DNA of 64,000 nucleotides from Alphaproteobacteria bacterium. Its GTDB lineage: Bacteria > Pseudomonadota > Alphaproteobacteria > Bin95. The stretch spans positions 3,392,001 to 3,456,000 of the forward strand of contig CBDBGH010000003.1 in the NCBI GenBank assembly GCA_965205265.1. Reading direction: 5' to 3'. The position numbers and the translations under genes are program-made. Positions within the stretch are counted from its first letter, which is position 1. Every line of letters starts with the position of its first letter. Of the stretch, positions 45,748 through 59,651 are shown piece after piece. The notes beneath the pieces are model-generated. The model saw only the letters and a program-made list of their open reading frames with translations, searched no databases and was not told the DNA's origin.

Positions 45748-47672
45748 ATGCCTGCCGCGAGGCAGCCGTGGGACGGGGAAGCTGTGGCGGTTCTATCGGA
45801 GGTGGCGGTCGACATCGTGGCGGCGGAGGACGAGGCCCGCTTCCGCGATCTGATGGATGCGCACCACTATCTCGGCGCGGTACCGGGGATGGGCGAGACG
45901 ATGCGCTATGTGGCGCATGATCGGGGGCGCTGGCTGGCGCTTGTTGTGTTCTCGGCGCCGGCGCTGAAGTGCGGCGCGCGCGACCGCTGGATCGGTTGGG
46001 AATACGGCGTCCAGTTCGGTCGCCTGCACCTGGTGACCAACAACGCGCGCTTCCTGATCCTGCCCGGCGGCCCGCCCAATCTGGGCTCGCGGGTACTGCC
46101 GCTGTGCACGCGCCGTCTGGTCCGCGACTGGCCGACCCGCTTCTGTCACGAGGTGCTCCTGGCGGAGACCTTTGTCGACCCGGCGCGGTTCCGGGGCACG
46201 GTCTACCGCGCGGCCAACTGGATCGAGGCCGGGCGCACACGCGGTTTCGCCCGCGGCGGGGCCGGCTACAGCGCGCACGCCAGGCCCAAGCTCGTGTTCC
46301 TGCACCCTCTGCGCCGGGACGCGCGGGCCCGGCTGCGCGCCGCCTCACTCGACCCCTGCTTGCGACATGGAGTGCCGAAGATGACGCTCACCGCCGCACA
46401 GATGCGATCCCTGCCCGAGGTCTTCCAGAACATCGACGATCCCCGTCGCCGCCAGGGCCGGCGCCACGCGCTGCCCACGGTGCTGGCGCTGGCCGTCGCG
46501 GCGACGCTGTGCGGCATGCGCGGCTACAAGGCGATGAGCGAATGGGTCGACGATCTCAGCCCCAGGGTGCTGCAGCGCTTCCGCGTGCGCCGCCGTGACG
46601 GGGTGTACCGCCCGCCCAGCCTGTCGGCGATGCGCAGCCTGCTGATCCGCGTCGATCCGGCCCAGCTCGACGCCGCGCTGAGGGCCTGGCACGAGACCCA
46701 CGGCTCGGGTGACAGCGCGCTGGCGATCGACGGCAAGACCATCCGCGGCGCCATCGACGACGAGGGATGCCAGGCTCATGTGCTCGGCATCGTGGGCCAC
46801 GACACCAAGGCGCCCTGGGGTCAAAAAAAGTCGGCATGAGGCCGGATGCCGGCCAAGGCGAGAAACGCACCAACGAGATCGGCACCGCCATCCCCTTGCT
46901 CGAGACCCTGCCCAACATCGCCGGCCGCACCGTCACCGCCGATGCCCTGCTCACCCAGCGCGCGCTGGCTTCCTGTCTCATCGCCCGCGGCGCCGATTAC
47001 CTGTTCACCGTGAAGGGCAACCAGAAGACCCTGCTGAGCGATATCCGGCTTCTGCTCGACGAAGACATCGCCAGCCGCGCGCCGGACTTTGAGGACCAGA
47101 GCCCGAAGCCCTAGCACGGCCGCCGAGAGAAGCGCTCCATCTGGGTCTCGGGAGAGCTCAACGATTATCTCGACTTCCCCGGCGTCGGTCAGATCTTCGC
47201 CGTGCGCCGCGAAACCGTCGAGGTCAAGTCCGGCAGGCGACGCAGCGAGATTGCCTACGGCGTCACCAGCCTGACCTCCGGGGCCGCATCGCCGCAACGC
47301 CTGCTCGCCCTCAATCGCGGGCACTGGACCATCGAGGCCACCCACCACATCCTCGATTGGAGCTTCGACGAAGATCGAAGCCGCATCCGCGCGGGCCACG
47401 GGCCGGAGAACATGACCCTGCTGCGCCGCTTCGCCATCGGCCTCATCAAGGGGCGCAGGCTCGCCGTCGCCGAGGTGAGTGCTCATGCCCGGATGACGCC
47501 GCCGCCGACTCTCAGGCTCAGCAGGCTCCCTGTAGGGCAGAACGATAGCGGCCAAATCCAGCGCCCGCCAACCACGAAAACGACAACGCAAGCGCGCAGG
47601 CCATCATCAAACGCTCCGGGCCGGCAACGAAAATCAGAACGAATTGGCCGTGCCCTGCCGGGGCTTGCATGA
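45748..47672 (+). pseudogene. DUF4338 (DruA-like)-ISAs1 transposase; -1 slippery site at 46823-46830, premature TAG at 47112-47114
   Basis: HHYLG, RDRWIGW, NNARFLIL, AETFVD, GTVYRAANW; then DDPRRRQG, IDGKT, TNEI, VTADAL, VKGNQ, RGHWTIE..H..LDWSFDED. Confidence 0.8.
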
Positions 47673-47720
47673 GCCATGACGGCACGCTACCAATATGATG
47701 GCACGCTTGGAGACAGGACG

Positions 47721-47981
47721 ATGGCGACGATCAACGTCAGACAGCTCGACGACGATGTGGTGGCCCGCCTCAAGCGGCGCGCCTCGTCGAACAACCGTTC
47801 CCTGGAGGGCGAGGTGCGCCACATCCTGGAATGCGCATCCGACGATGACATGGCGGCGAAACGCGCCGCGTTCCTGGAGGCGTCGGACCGGCTGCGGGAG
47901 AAGACCCGGAGCCGCAGACAGACCCCGGCGGAAGTGCTGATCCGCGAGGACCGCGACCGCGGCCACCGCGACGACTTCTGA
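47721..47981 (+). CDS. FitA-like RHH antitoxin
   Basis: MATINVRQLDDDVVARLKRRA..NNRSLEGEVR; stop overlaps the toxin start. Confidence 0.88.
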   Translation: MATINVRQLDDDVVARLKRRASSNNRSLEGEVRHILECASDDDMAAKRAAFLEASDRLREKTRSRRQTPAEVLIREDRDRGHRDDF

Positions 47982-48409
47982 TGCGCTTCGTCGTCGATGC
48001 GAGCGTGGCGGTCAAGCTGCTGGTCGACGAGCCGGATTCGGATGCCGCGCGGGACCTGGCGGCGAGCGGCGAGGCGTTGCACGCGCCGCGCCTGATGGCT
48101 TCGGAGGTCGCCACTGCGTTGTGGCGCAAGGCGCGGCTGGGCCAGATCGGGCGCGCCGATGCCGGCGCTGCCATGGCCTTGCTTGCCGACATGCCGGTGC
48201 GCTGGCACGGCGACGAAACCGTCAGCGCGGACGCGGTGCGGCTGGCGCTGGCTCTCGACCGTCCGGTTTACGACTGCGTGTATCTCGCGCTCGCGCACCG
48301 TATCGGCGCGACGGTGGTGACGGCGGACCGGCGATTCGCGACGGTCGTTGCGCCGACCGATCACGGCGGGGCCGTGATGACGCTGGCAGACCATGCGGAA
48401 ACGCGATGA
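47981..48409 (+). CDS. vapC: VapC/PIN toxin
   Basis: VVDASV, E, YDCVYLALA, VTAD. Confidence 0.9.
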   Translation: MRFVVDASVAVKLLVDEPDSDAARDLAASGEALHAPRLMASEVATALWRKARLGQIGRADAGAAMALLADMPVRWHGDETVSADAVRLALALDRPVYDCVYLALAHRIGATVVTADRRFATVVAPTDHGGAVMTLADHAETR

Positions 48410-48582
48410 CCACGGAATTTTGTCGATCATCCCCCTGGCGCGGCATGCCGCGCCAGGGATGGACGGCGGCATGCAGGGGCATGATTGGATGCAGGAAACC
48501 CCATACATGGCCGGTTTGACAGGGCCGGATCTCAGGCCCAGACCGGCTCCCGGAAGCATGGTGCTGCGGGAGTTGCCGGGAG

Positions 48583-48804
48583 ATGCCGGAGAGCGGGGAG
48601 CGCGGGATTGCCGCTACGGGCGGCGCGGCGGCGAACGACAACCCCGGCCCGGGGGCCGGGGCAGGTGGCGAGGCGGAGGCGCGGGTCGATGCCGCCGTGG
48701 CGACGCTGGCCCGGCTGCTCGGGCGGCGCATCGCGCGCGAGCAATTCGACAGGCGCGCCGCGGCCAACGACAATGCACCGACCGGGGAGGCCGGCGAGAG
48801 ATAG
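48583..48804 (+). CDS. Small protein upstream of the serine recombinase
   Basis: Helical core VATLARLLGRRIARE flanked by two AANDN motifs; ends just before the recombinase RBS. Confidence 0.5.
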   Translation: MPESGERGIAATGGAAANDNPGPGAGAGGEAEARVDAAVATLARLLGRRIAREQFDRRAAANDNAPTGEAGER

Positions 48805-48817
48805 GAGACCTTTCATC

Positions 48818-50501
<1,684 letters not shown>

Positions 50502-50680
50502 TCTCGCGGAGATTTGCGCATCACGCCGCCTGACGTGCGCTGGAGTATGATAAAGCAAGGTATAGAAAGACTTTTCGGGTTCGTCAACTGCGACTCCTGA
50601 CAGCTGGCGACATCTGGAAGTTGATTCCGTGTGTTGACGCAAGTGTTGACGTTTTGCCCGCGCGGTGGCACGATGCCCCC

Positions 50681-52000
50681 ATGCAACCGACTTCCGGAAA
50701 ACGCACCGCCAGGGTGCGCACGACGCTCACCAAACGCTCCGTGGAGACGCTCCAGCCTGCCGAGCGCTCGTGGATCGCCTGGGACGACCGGTTGACCGGC
50801 TTCGGCGTCCGCATCCACCCGGCGGGCACCCGGACCTTCATCGTCAACTACCGCGCCGGCGACGGCGGCCGGAAGGCGCCCAACAAGCGCGTCTCGCTCG
50901 GTCGCTTCGGCGCGGTCACCGTCGACCAGGCGCGCAGGAAGGCGCAGGAGATCCTCGGCAAGGTTGCCGGTGGCAACGATCCGGCCGGGGAACGCGCCGA
51001 GGCTCGCCGCATGCCCACGCTCGGCGAGGCCTTCGAGGACTACATGAAGGCCAATCCCGAGCGGTCGAAGCGCACCGACGAACTCTACCGCTACGAGGCA
51101 AACCGCTATCTCGGCGACTGGCTCGCCCGTCCCCTCGACCTGATCGCCCGCCGGGACGTCGAGGCCCGCTTCAACCGCATCACCGCAGACCACGGCTGGT
51201 CGCCGGCCAACCGGGCGATGTCGCTGTTGCGCTCGATCTATCGCCGGCCCTGCGTCGACCAGGAGGGACTGCGCAATCCGGTCGATCTCTGGCTTGCCGG
51301 CGGCGGCAAGTTCCACCGCAAGGCGCGGCGCAAGATCTCGGCGCCTTCGGAAGTGCTGCCGTGCTGGCGCCGGGGCATCGAGGTCGAGGTCCACAACCCG
51401 GCGATCCGCGACGCGCTCTGGTTCGGGCTCTACACCGGCATGCGCCGCGAGGAGGTGTTGACCCTGCGCTGGGAGCGGATCGACAGCGAGGCCCTCGCCT
51501 TCCGGGTCGAGGAGACCAAGACCGGCGTTCCGCTGGAGCTTCCCGTCACCCGGCAGCTCGCGGCTATTCTCGAACGGCGCCGGGCGGCGTCCGCAGACCT
51601 GCCCGACTGGGTTCGGGAGTGGGTGTTCCCGTCGCCCACAAGCGCGACCGGCCATGTGCAGGATCCGCACCATCTCTACACCCGCATCGGCAAGGCCGGC
51701 GGGGCGAAGTTCTGGTTTCACGGGCTGCGCAACTGCTTCATCACCGTCGCCGAGCGCGAGCTGATGCTGCCGCCCTCGCTGACCAAGCGACTGGTCAACC
51801 ATGCCCGGCCCAACGACGTGACCGAGGGCTATGCCGCCGACTGGACCCTTGCCCAGTTGCGCGAGCCGGCCCAACGGATCGCCGACCGGATCGAGGCCCT
51901 GATGACCTCGGCGGCGCCGACCGCAGATGCTTCCCGTGTCGCTCCGCCATCCGGGGAATGCTCCGAACCGGTCGATGCGAAGAAATCCGCCGGCCTGTGA
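50681..52000 (+). CDS. Tyrosine integrase (P4-like, with arm-binding domain)
   Basis: WDDRLTGFGVR arm domain; TGMR, K, FHGLR, LVNH, EGY; upstream direct repeats GTGTTGACG at 50631 and 50643. Confidence 0.92.
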   Translation: MQPTSGKRTARVRTTLTKRSVETLQPAERSWIAWDDRLTGFGVRIHPAGTRTFIVNYRAGDGGRKAPNKRVSLGRFGAVTVDQARRKAQEILGKVAGGNDPAGERAEARRMPTLGEAFEDYMKANPERSKRTDELYRYEANRYLGDWLARPLDLIARRDVEARFNRITADHGWSPANRAMSLLRSIYRRPCVDQEGLRNPVDLWLAGGGKFHRKARRKISAPSEVLPCWRRGIEVEVHNPAIRDALWFGLYTGMRREEVLTLRWERIDSEALAFRVEETKTGVPLELPVTRQLAAILERRRAASADLPDWVREWVFPSPTSATGHVQDPHHLYTRIGKAGGAKFWFHGLRNCFITVAERELMLPPSLTKRLVNHARPNDVTEGYAADWTLAQLREPAQRIADRIEALMTSAAPTADASRVAPPSGECSEPVDAKKSAGL

Positions 52001-52029
52001 TGAAGCCGGACCGGTACGCTTTCGTTTCC

Positions 52030-52221
52030 CCTGAAGTTCCGACTAGGCATTTGGCGGAGGCCGTCCGGGATGTGGCATGGAACGCGCAGGCGCGTCTGAC
52101 CAATCGCTACCGCAGCCTGATCGCGAAGAGAAGGCGCGCCACGGTCCCCGTCACCGCCGCCGCGGCCCGTGATCCGGTCGGCTTCATGTGGGCGATCGCC
52201 GTGATTGAGCCTACGGTAGCC
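52030..52221 (+). pseudogene. IS110 transposase C-terminal remnant
   Basis: VRDVAWNAQARL..RYRSL..AARD..GFMWAIA; its stop (TGA at 55021) lies beyond the IS21. Confidence 0.65.
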
Positions 52222-52388
52222 TGCGGCGCGTCAATCAAGCTGAGACGTTTGCGTCAATCAGGATGAGACGGGGGAAGGCGGCGGCCTGGAACGCAGGGAG
52301 GGCGTAGCCCGACCGGAGTTCCGGGCCGCCGGCTCGAAAAATTTCCCCCGGGCCTTCTGGCGGCCAGGGCCGGCCGGGCGAACGGTGA

Positions 52389-54757
<2,369 letters not shown>

Positions 54758-55122
54758 GCCGCCGCCTGCTCAGGTAGAGCGGCCACGACAATCAGGGCCC
54801 GCGGGGATCGTCTCCGCGCGCCGTCTCTTCTCCGACCCGACGGCCTGCCGCGACAATCAAAACCATTCCCGAAAACACTGTTTGTCGCGCCGCGACAATC
54901 AAAACCGGAAACCGCTTGCAATCCACCCCCCGCGCGGCAATCATCAACTCGCCGCTGCCGCCGGGAATCTCATCCTGATTGACGCGCAGCTCTCACCCAG
55001 ATTGTCGCGCCATAGTAGCCTGATCTGAAGGGGCACGTATCAGCGACGACGGGGGCTCCAGCTTGTATTAGACGCCGGTCCCCCTTACGTTGCCACCCGA
55101 CGAAGCCAAACCCCGACGTCGT

Positions 55123-56601
55123 ATGTTCTCTATCCTCCATGTGTCCGACCTGCACAGGTCGGAGGCCGAACCGATATCCAACCAAGCTCTGATTGCGTCT
55201 CTACTGGCGGACCAAGGCCGATTTTCCCTCGAGACTCCGCCGATTCGCCAACCCGATGCGATGGTAGTAAGCGGCGATATTGTCGCTGGGGTACCGCTGG
55301 GGGAACCGGACTATGTCAACTCGCTTAAGGAACAGTACGCGATTGCTCAGGACTTCCTGGTCCGACTGACTGAACGCCTCTTTGGGGGCGACCGTACGCG
55401 CGTCGTATTGGTCCCGGGAAACCACGACTGCTGCTGGAACACTGCGATTAGCGGAATGACACCGGTGCCGGAGGATGACACTCCGAGGGACTTGGTAGGC
55501 AAGTTGGAGTTCCCCGATTCTCCGTTCAGGTGGAGTTGGCATGACCGAAAGCTCTACAGAATTTCGGATCCCGATTCATATGCGCGCAGGCTGGACAACT
55601 ACTGGGACTTCGTGGAGGAGTTCTATGTGGGTTCGGACCTGGCGTTCCCAATTCGACGGGACACTGGATACAACCTGTTCGAAATGAACGGCGGACAGAT
55701 CCTGGTAGCCGCCTTTGAGTCGCTCCATGGAAACGACTGCTTTTCTTCCAGGGCGCACTTCGAACCGGAAGCTGTGGCGAGTGCAGCGTTGCGGCTAAAC
55801 GACGAACGGAGGTACTACAACCTCCGCATCGCACTTTGGCATCACGGACTACACAGCCAACCATCGTACCGATCGGATTATCTCCCCATCAGTTCCGTAT
55901 ACGAGCTTATTGGGCACGGCTTTCGACTCGGTCTCCACGGTCACCAGCACTTCGCGGAGATCGGTTCCCATTACGTCCGCGTTCCGGGCGAGCCAGAGAT
56001 GGCAGTGGTGTCGGCGGGTTCCCTGTGCGCAGGAGCGAGGGAACTTCCTCGAGGAGTCAACCGCCAATACAACGTGGTCGTCGTATCCGACGACTATGAC
56101 AAAATTGACGTGCATGTGCGGGAAATGACGCGGGGAAACCACTTTATGCCGAGCAGCGGAGCGTCGGGATTTGCGAACGGACTCGTCCAATTGCAGCTCT
56201 CGTCGCCCGGTGCGAACGGAAAGCCAATGATCGACATCGACTATACACGCCGCAACGAACTTATCATGAAGGCCGAGTCCCACCTGCGGGTTGGTCGTCC
56301 GGCCGAGGCGTTTGGAATTCTCAGTGGAATTGACTGCGAGAACGAACCATATGCCCGCCGGTTGTTGATCCAGGCAGCCGAGCAGTCGGAACAGTGGGAA
56401 GATCTTGTGGCTGTTCTTTCTGATCCGCAAAACTCTGAAGAAGTAGTCCAGTTAGTCGAGGCGCTCACTCGGCTTCGAAGGATTGAAGACGCCATAGCCT
56501 ATTTGCGAGAGTCTGATCGGCCCCCTTTGGCAGATCATGTCCGACGAGATCTGCAACGCCGGCTTGAACGGCGAGCGGCAATTTCCGGGAGGAAAGCGTG
56601 A
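55123..56601 (+). CDS. Calcineurin-like metallophosphoesterase with C-terminal TPR-like helices
   Basis: SDLH, SGD, GNHD, HH, HGHQH; helical C-terminus; alternative TTG start at 55090. Confidence 0.88.
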   Translation: MFSILHVSDLHRSEAEPISNQALIASLLADQGRFSLETPPIRQPDAMVVSGDIVAGVPLGEPDYVNSLKEQYAIAQDFLVRLTERLFGGDRTRVVLVPGNHDCCWNTAISGMTPVPEDDTPRDLVGKLEFPDSPFRWSWHDRKLYRISDPDSYARRLDNYWDFVEEFYVGSDLAFPIRRDTGYNLFEMNGGQILVAAFESLHGNDCFSSRAHFEPEAVASAALRLNDERRYYNLRIALWHHGLHSQPSYRSDYLPISSVYELIGHGFRLGLHGHQHFAEIGSHYVRVPGEPEMAVVSAGSLCAGARELPRGVNRQYNVVVVSDDYDKIDVHVREMTRGNHFMPSSGASGFANGLVQLQLSSPGANGKPMIDIDYTRRNELIMKAESHLRVGRPAEAFGILSGIDCENEPYARRLLIQAAEQSEQWEDLVAVLSDPQNSEEVVQLVEALTRLRRIEDAIAYLRESDRPPLADHVRRDLQRRLERRAAISGRKA

Positions 56602-57306
56602 ACACAAAAAAAATTCCGCTCCAGGTCAAGAGTGATCGCGTCATCGAGTTGTTCGCCCGAGACATATACCAGTCTCCGCTTTCACTGCTTCGCGAGAACG
56701 TCCAGAATGCCTTCGATGCCATTCTGATGAGGAGGCGTGCCGGTGACGAATTCTCACCGAAAATTGATATTTGCCTATGCGCTGAGACAGTAACGGTCAG
56801 CGACAACGGCAACGGAATGACGCCTGACGAGCTGGAGAAAAACTTCTGGTATGCGGGCAACAGCGGAAAGAACACCGAAGACGCCAAGAATGCAGGGGTC
56901 GTAGGCACGTTCGGCATTGGAGCTATGGCGAACTTCGGCATCGCCGAGCGGTTGCAAGTGGAAACGGAGAGCTCGGCTACCGGCGAGCGGTCTCGAAGCA
57001 GTGTAGATAAGGAAGATCTGTCGATCAATCAGGAGTGCATCGATCTCATCTTATTGGACTCGCGGGACGAGCCCGGTACGACAGTAACGGCATATCTTGC
57101 ACCCGACGAGCGACTGGATGTCGACGAGGCCCGTCGATACCTATCGGACTTCGTGTCACTTCTTGCGGTTCCCGTGTATGCGCGTTTCAGTAAGTCCCGG
57201 CCGGTGATTACGGAAAGTCCCGGCCGGCATGACCGGGGCGATTTGAGTTCGGCTTTCGGGTGCGCCGACTCGGCGTCTACCCCCTGGCATTTTGCCGGGG
57301 GGTGGC

Positions 57307-58860
57307 ATGCCGGGACGGAAGCAGACGAGACGAACGACAGTGAAGGACGTCAGGGCGATCCTGCGGCTGAGCCATGGGCAGGGTCTGTCGGAGCGCGAGG
57401 TCGCGGGGCGGCTGAAGCTCTCCAGGGCGACGGTGTCGACCTATCTTCTTCGGGCCCGGGAGGCGGGCCTGTCGAGCTGGCCGCTGCCGGCGGTCTACGA
57501 GGACGACGCGGTGCTGGAACAGTTGCTGTTCCGGCGCATGGGCCGCCCGCCGCGGGATACGCGCCAGCCGCACTGGCCGACGGTGGCGGCCGAGCTGAAG
57601 CGCAAGGGCGTGACGCTGAGCCTGCTGTGGCAGGAATACCGGGCCGCGCATCCGGACGGCTACGGCTATACCTGGTTCTGCGACGCCTTCAGGGCCTTCG
57701 AGCGCCGCACGCATGCGAGCTGGCGCAACCGGCACGAGGCCGGCGCGGTGATGCAGACCGACTATGCCGGCCAGACGGTCGAGATCGTCGATCCCGAGAC
57801 CGGCGAGATCCACGAGGCGCAGATCTTCGTCGCGGTGCTCGGCGCCTCGTCCTACACCTTCGCGACCGCGAGCCTGACGCAGCGCCTGCCGGACTGGATC
57901 GCTGGGCAATGCGAAGCGCTGGCCTTCTTTGGGGGCGTGCCGAAAAGCATTGTCTGCGACAACCTGAAGGCGGGGGTGGCGAAGCCGCTCTGGTTCGAGC
58001 CGACGCTGAACGCGACCTTCGCGGCGCTGGCGGAGCACTACGACACCACCGTCCTGCCGACGCGGCCCCGAAAACCCCGGGACAAGGCGAAGGTCGAGGT
58101 TGGCGTGCAAGTGGTCGAGCGCTGGATCCTGGCCCGCCTCAGGAACCGGCGCTTCTTCTCCCTCGGGCAGCTCAACGCGGCGATCCGCGTCCTCCTGGAC
58201 GAACTCAACGACCGGCCCATGCGCCATCTCGGCCAGAGCCGGCGCCAGATGTTCGAGGCCATCGAGCGCGCCGCGCTGGCGCCGCTGCCGAAGACCCCCT
58301 TCGAATACGCCGAGTGGAAGACCGCGAAGGTCCACCCCGACTACCATGTCGATGTCGAGCGCACCTTCTACTCGGTCCCTCACAGCCTGATCGGGCGCAC
58401 GGTTCGGATCCGCCTCACCCGGCGCACGGTCGAGGTCTTCCATAGCCACAGGCGCGTCGCCGCCCATGCACGCCGGTCTCCCTATGGCGGGCATGTCACC
58501 GTTGCCGCTCATATGCCCAGCGCGCATCGCCGCTATGCCGATCGCACCCCGGCAAGCCTGATCGGCAGGGCAAGACGCATCGGCCCCAACACGGCCGTGC
58601 TGGTCGAGCGCATGATGCGCGACAGGCCGCATCCCGAGCAGGGCTATCGAAGCGCCATGGGCGTCATATCGCTCTCCCGGCGATACGAGGCCGAAAGGGT
58701 CGAGGCCGCCTGCGAGCGCGCGCTCACCATCAATGCGCTCAGCTACTCCTCGCTCACCGCCATCCTCCGGTCCGGCCTCGACCGCGCCGCGCCCGAGCGT
58801 GAGCCCCTCCTGCCCCTGCCGGCGCACGACAACATCCGCGGCCCCGCCTACTACCGATGA
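57307..58860 (+). CDS. istA: IS21 transposase
   Basis: QTDYAG, VCDNLK, KAKVE, YSVP. Confidence 0.93.
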   Translation: MPGRKQTRRTTVKDVRAILRLSHGQGLSEREVAGRLKLSRATVSTYLLRAREAGLSSWPLPAVYEDDAVLEQLLFRRMGRPPRDTRQPHWPTVAAELKRKGVTLSLLWQEYRAAHPDGYGYTWFCDAFRAFERRTHASWRNRHEAGAVMQTDYAGQTVEIVDPETGEIHEAQIFVAVLGASSYTFATASLTQRLPDWIAGQCEALAFFGGVPKSIVCDNLKAGVAKPLWFEPTLNATFAALAEHYDTTVLPTRPRKPRDKAKVEVGVQVVERWILARLRNRRFFSLGQLNAAIRVLLDELNDRPMRHLGQSRRQMFEAIERAALAPLPKTPFEYAEWKTAKVHPDYHVDVERTFYSVPHSLIGRTVRIRLTRRTVEVFHSHRRVAAHARRSPYGGHVTVAAHMPSAHRRYADRTPASLIGRARRIGPNTAVLVERMMRDRPHPEQGYRSAMGVISLSRRYEAERVEAACERALTINALSYSSLTAILRSGLDRAAPEREPLLPLPAHDNIRGPAYYR

Positions 58861-58874
58861 ACGAAGGACTTCCC

Positions 58875-59651
58875 ATGCTGACACATCCGACCCTCGACCA
58901 GATGCACGCCCTTGGCCTCAAGGGTATGGCCGAAGCCTGGCGCGACATGGCCGAAAAGGGCCAGGCATCCGAACTCGACCGCGAGGAATGGCTCGCCCTC
59001 ATGCTCGACCGCGAAGCCGCAACACGCGCCGACAGGCGGCTCACCAACCGCCTCCGGCTGGCCAGGCTGCGCTTCCCCGAGGCCTGCATCGAGGATATCG
59101 ACTTCGATCCCGCCCGCGGCCTCGATCGCCGCAATATCCTCTCCCTCGCCCAGGGCGAATGGCTCAAGACCCACGACAATCTGATCCTGGTCGGCCAGAC
59201 CGGTACCGGAAAGACCTGGCTCGCATGCGCCTTCGGACATCAGGCCGCAAGGCTCGACCGCTCTGTCCTCTATGTCCGCATGCCCCGTCTCTTCGAGGAC
59301 CTCGCCATGGCCCGCCTCGACGGAAGGCTCCCCAGGCTCATCGACAAGCTCGCAAGGGTCCAGCTCCTCATCCTCGACGACTGGGGTACACACGGCCTCG
59401 CCGACCGCCAGAGGCTCGATCTCCTCGAAATCTGCGAAGAACGATACCGTCGGCGGTCCACCCTCATCACCGCACAGCTCCCCGTCGCCAAATGGCACGA
59501 CCTCATCGGCGAAGCCACCGTCGCTGACGCCATCCTCGACCGGATCGTCCACAACGCCCACCGCATCGACCTGAAAGGCGAAAGCATGCGAAGGAAAAAC
59601 GCCAGGCCCGACTTGACCCCGGCCGCCGCCGCGGAAGACAATCCCGGCTGA
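58875..59651 (+). CDS. istB: IS21 helper ATPase
   Basis: [20 protein letters not shown]. Confidence 0.93.
   Translation: MLTHPTLDQMHALGLKGMAEAWRDMAEKGQASELDREEWLALMLDREAATRADRRLTNRLRLARLRFPEACIEDIDFDPARGLDRRNILSLAQGEWLKTHDNLILVGQTGTGKTWLACAFGHQAARLDRSVLYVRMPRLFEDLAMARLDGRLPRLIDKLARVQLLILDDWGTHGLADRQRLDLLEICEERYRRRSTLITAQLPVAKWHDLIGEATVADAILDRIVHNAHRIDLKGESMRRKNARPDLTPAAAAEDNPG

Larger units (their letters stand above)
43966..47657 (+). mobile_element. ISAs1-family element containing a nested IS1380
   Basis: Ends CAGGGC...AATGCGTTCT and AGAACGAATT...GCCCTG (degenerate); no TSD recognised. Confidence 0.5.

Noticed and set aside
52030-52221. Active IS110 bridge-RNA system
   Set aside because: Only about 60 C-terminal codons remain, with no RuvC-like domain and no recognisable non-coding end.
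56598-58445. Apparent 615-aa GHKL protein with a novel C-terminus
   Set aside because: After 57178 it is read-through into IS21; the true continuation is at 59762.
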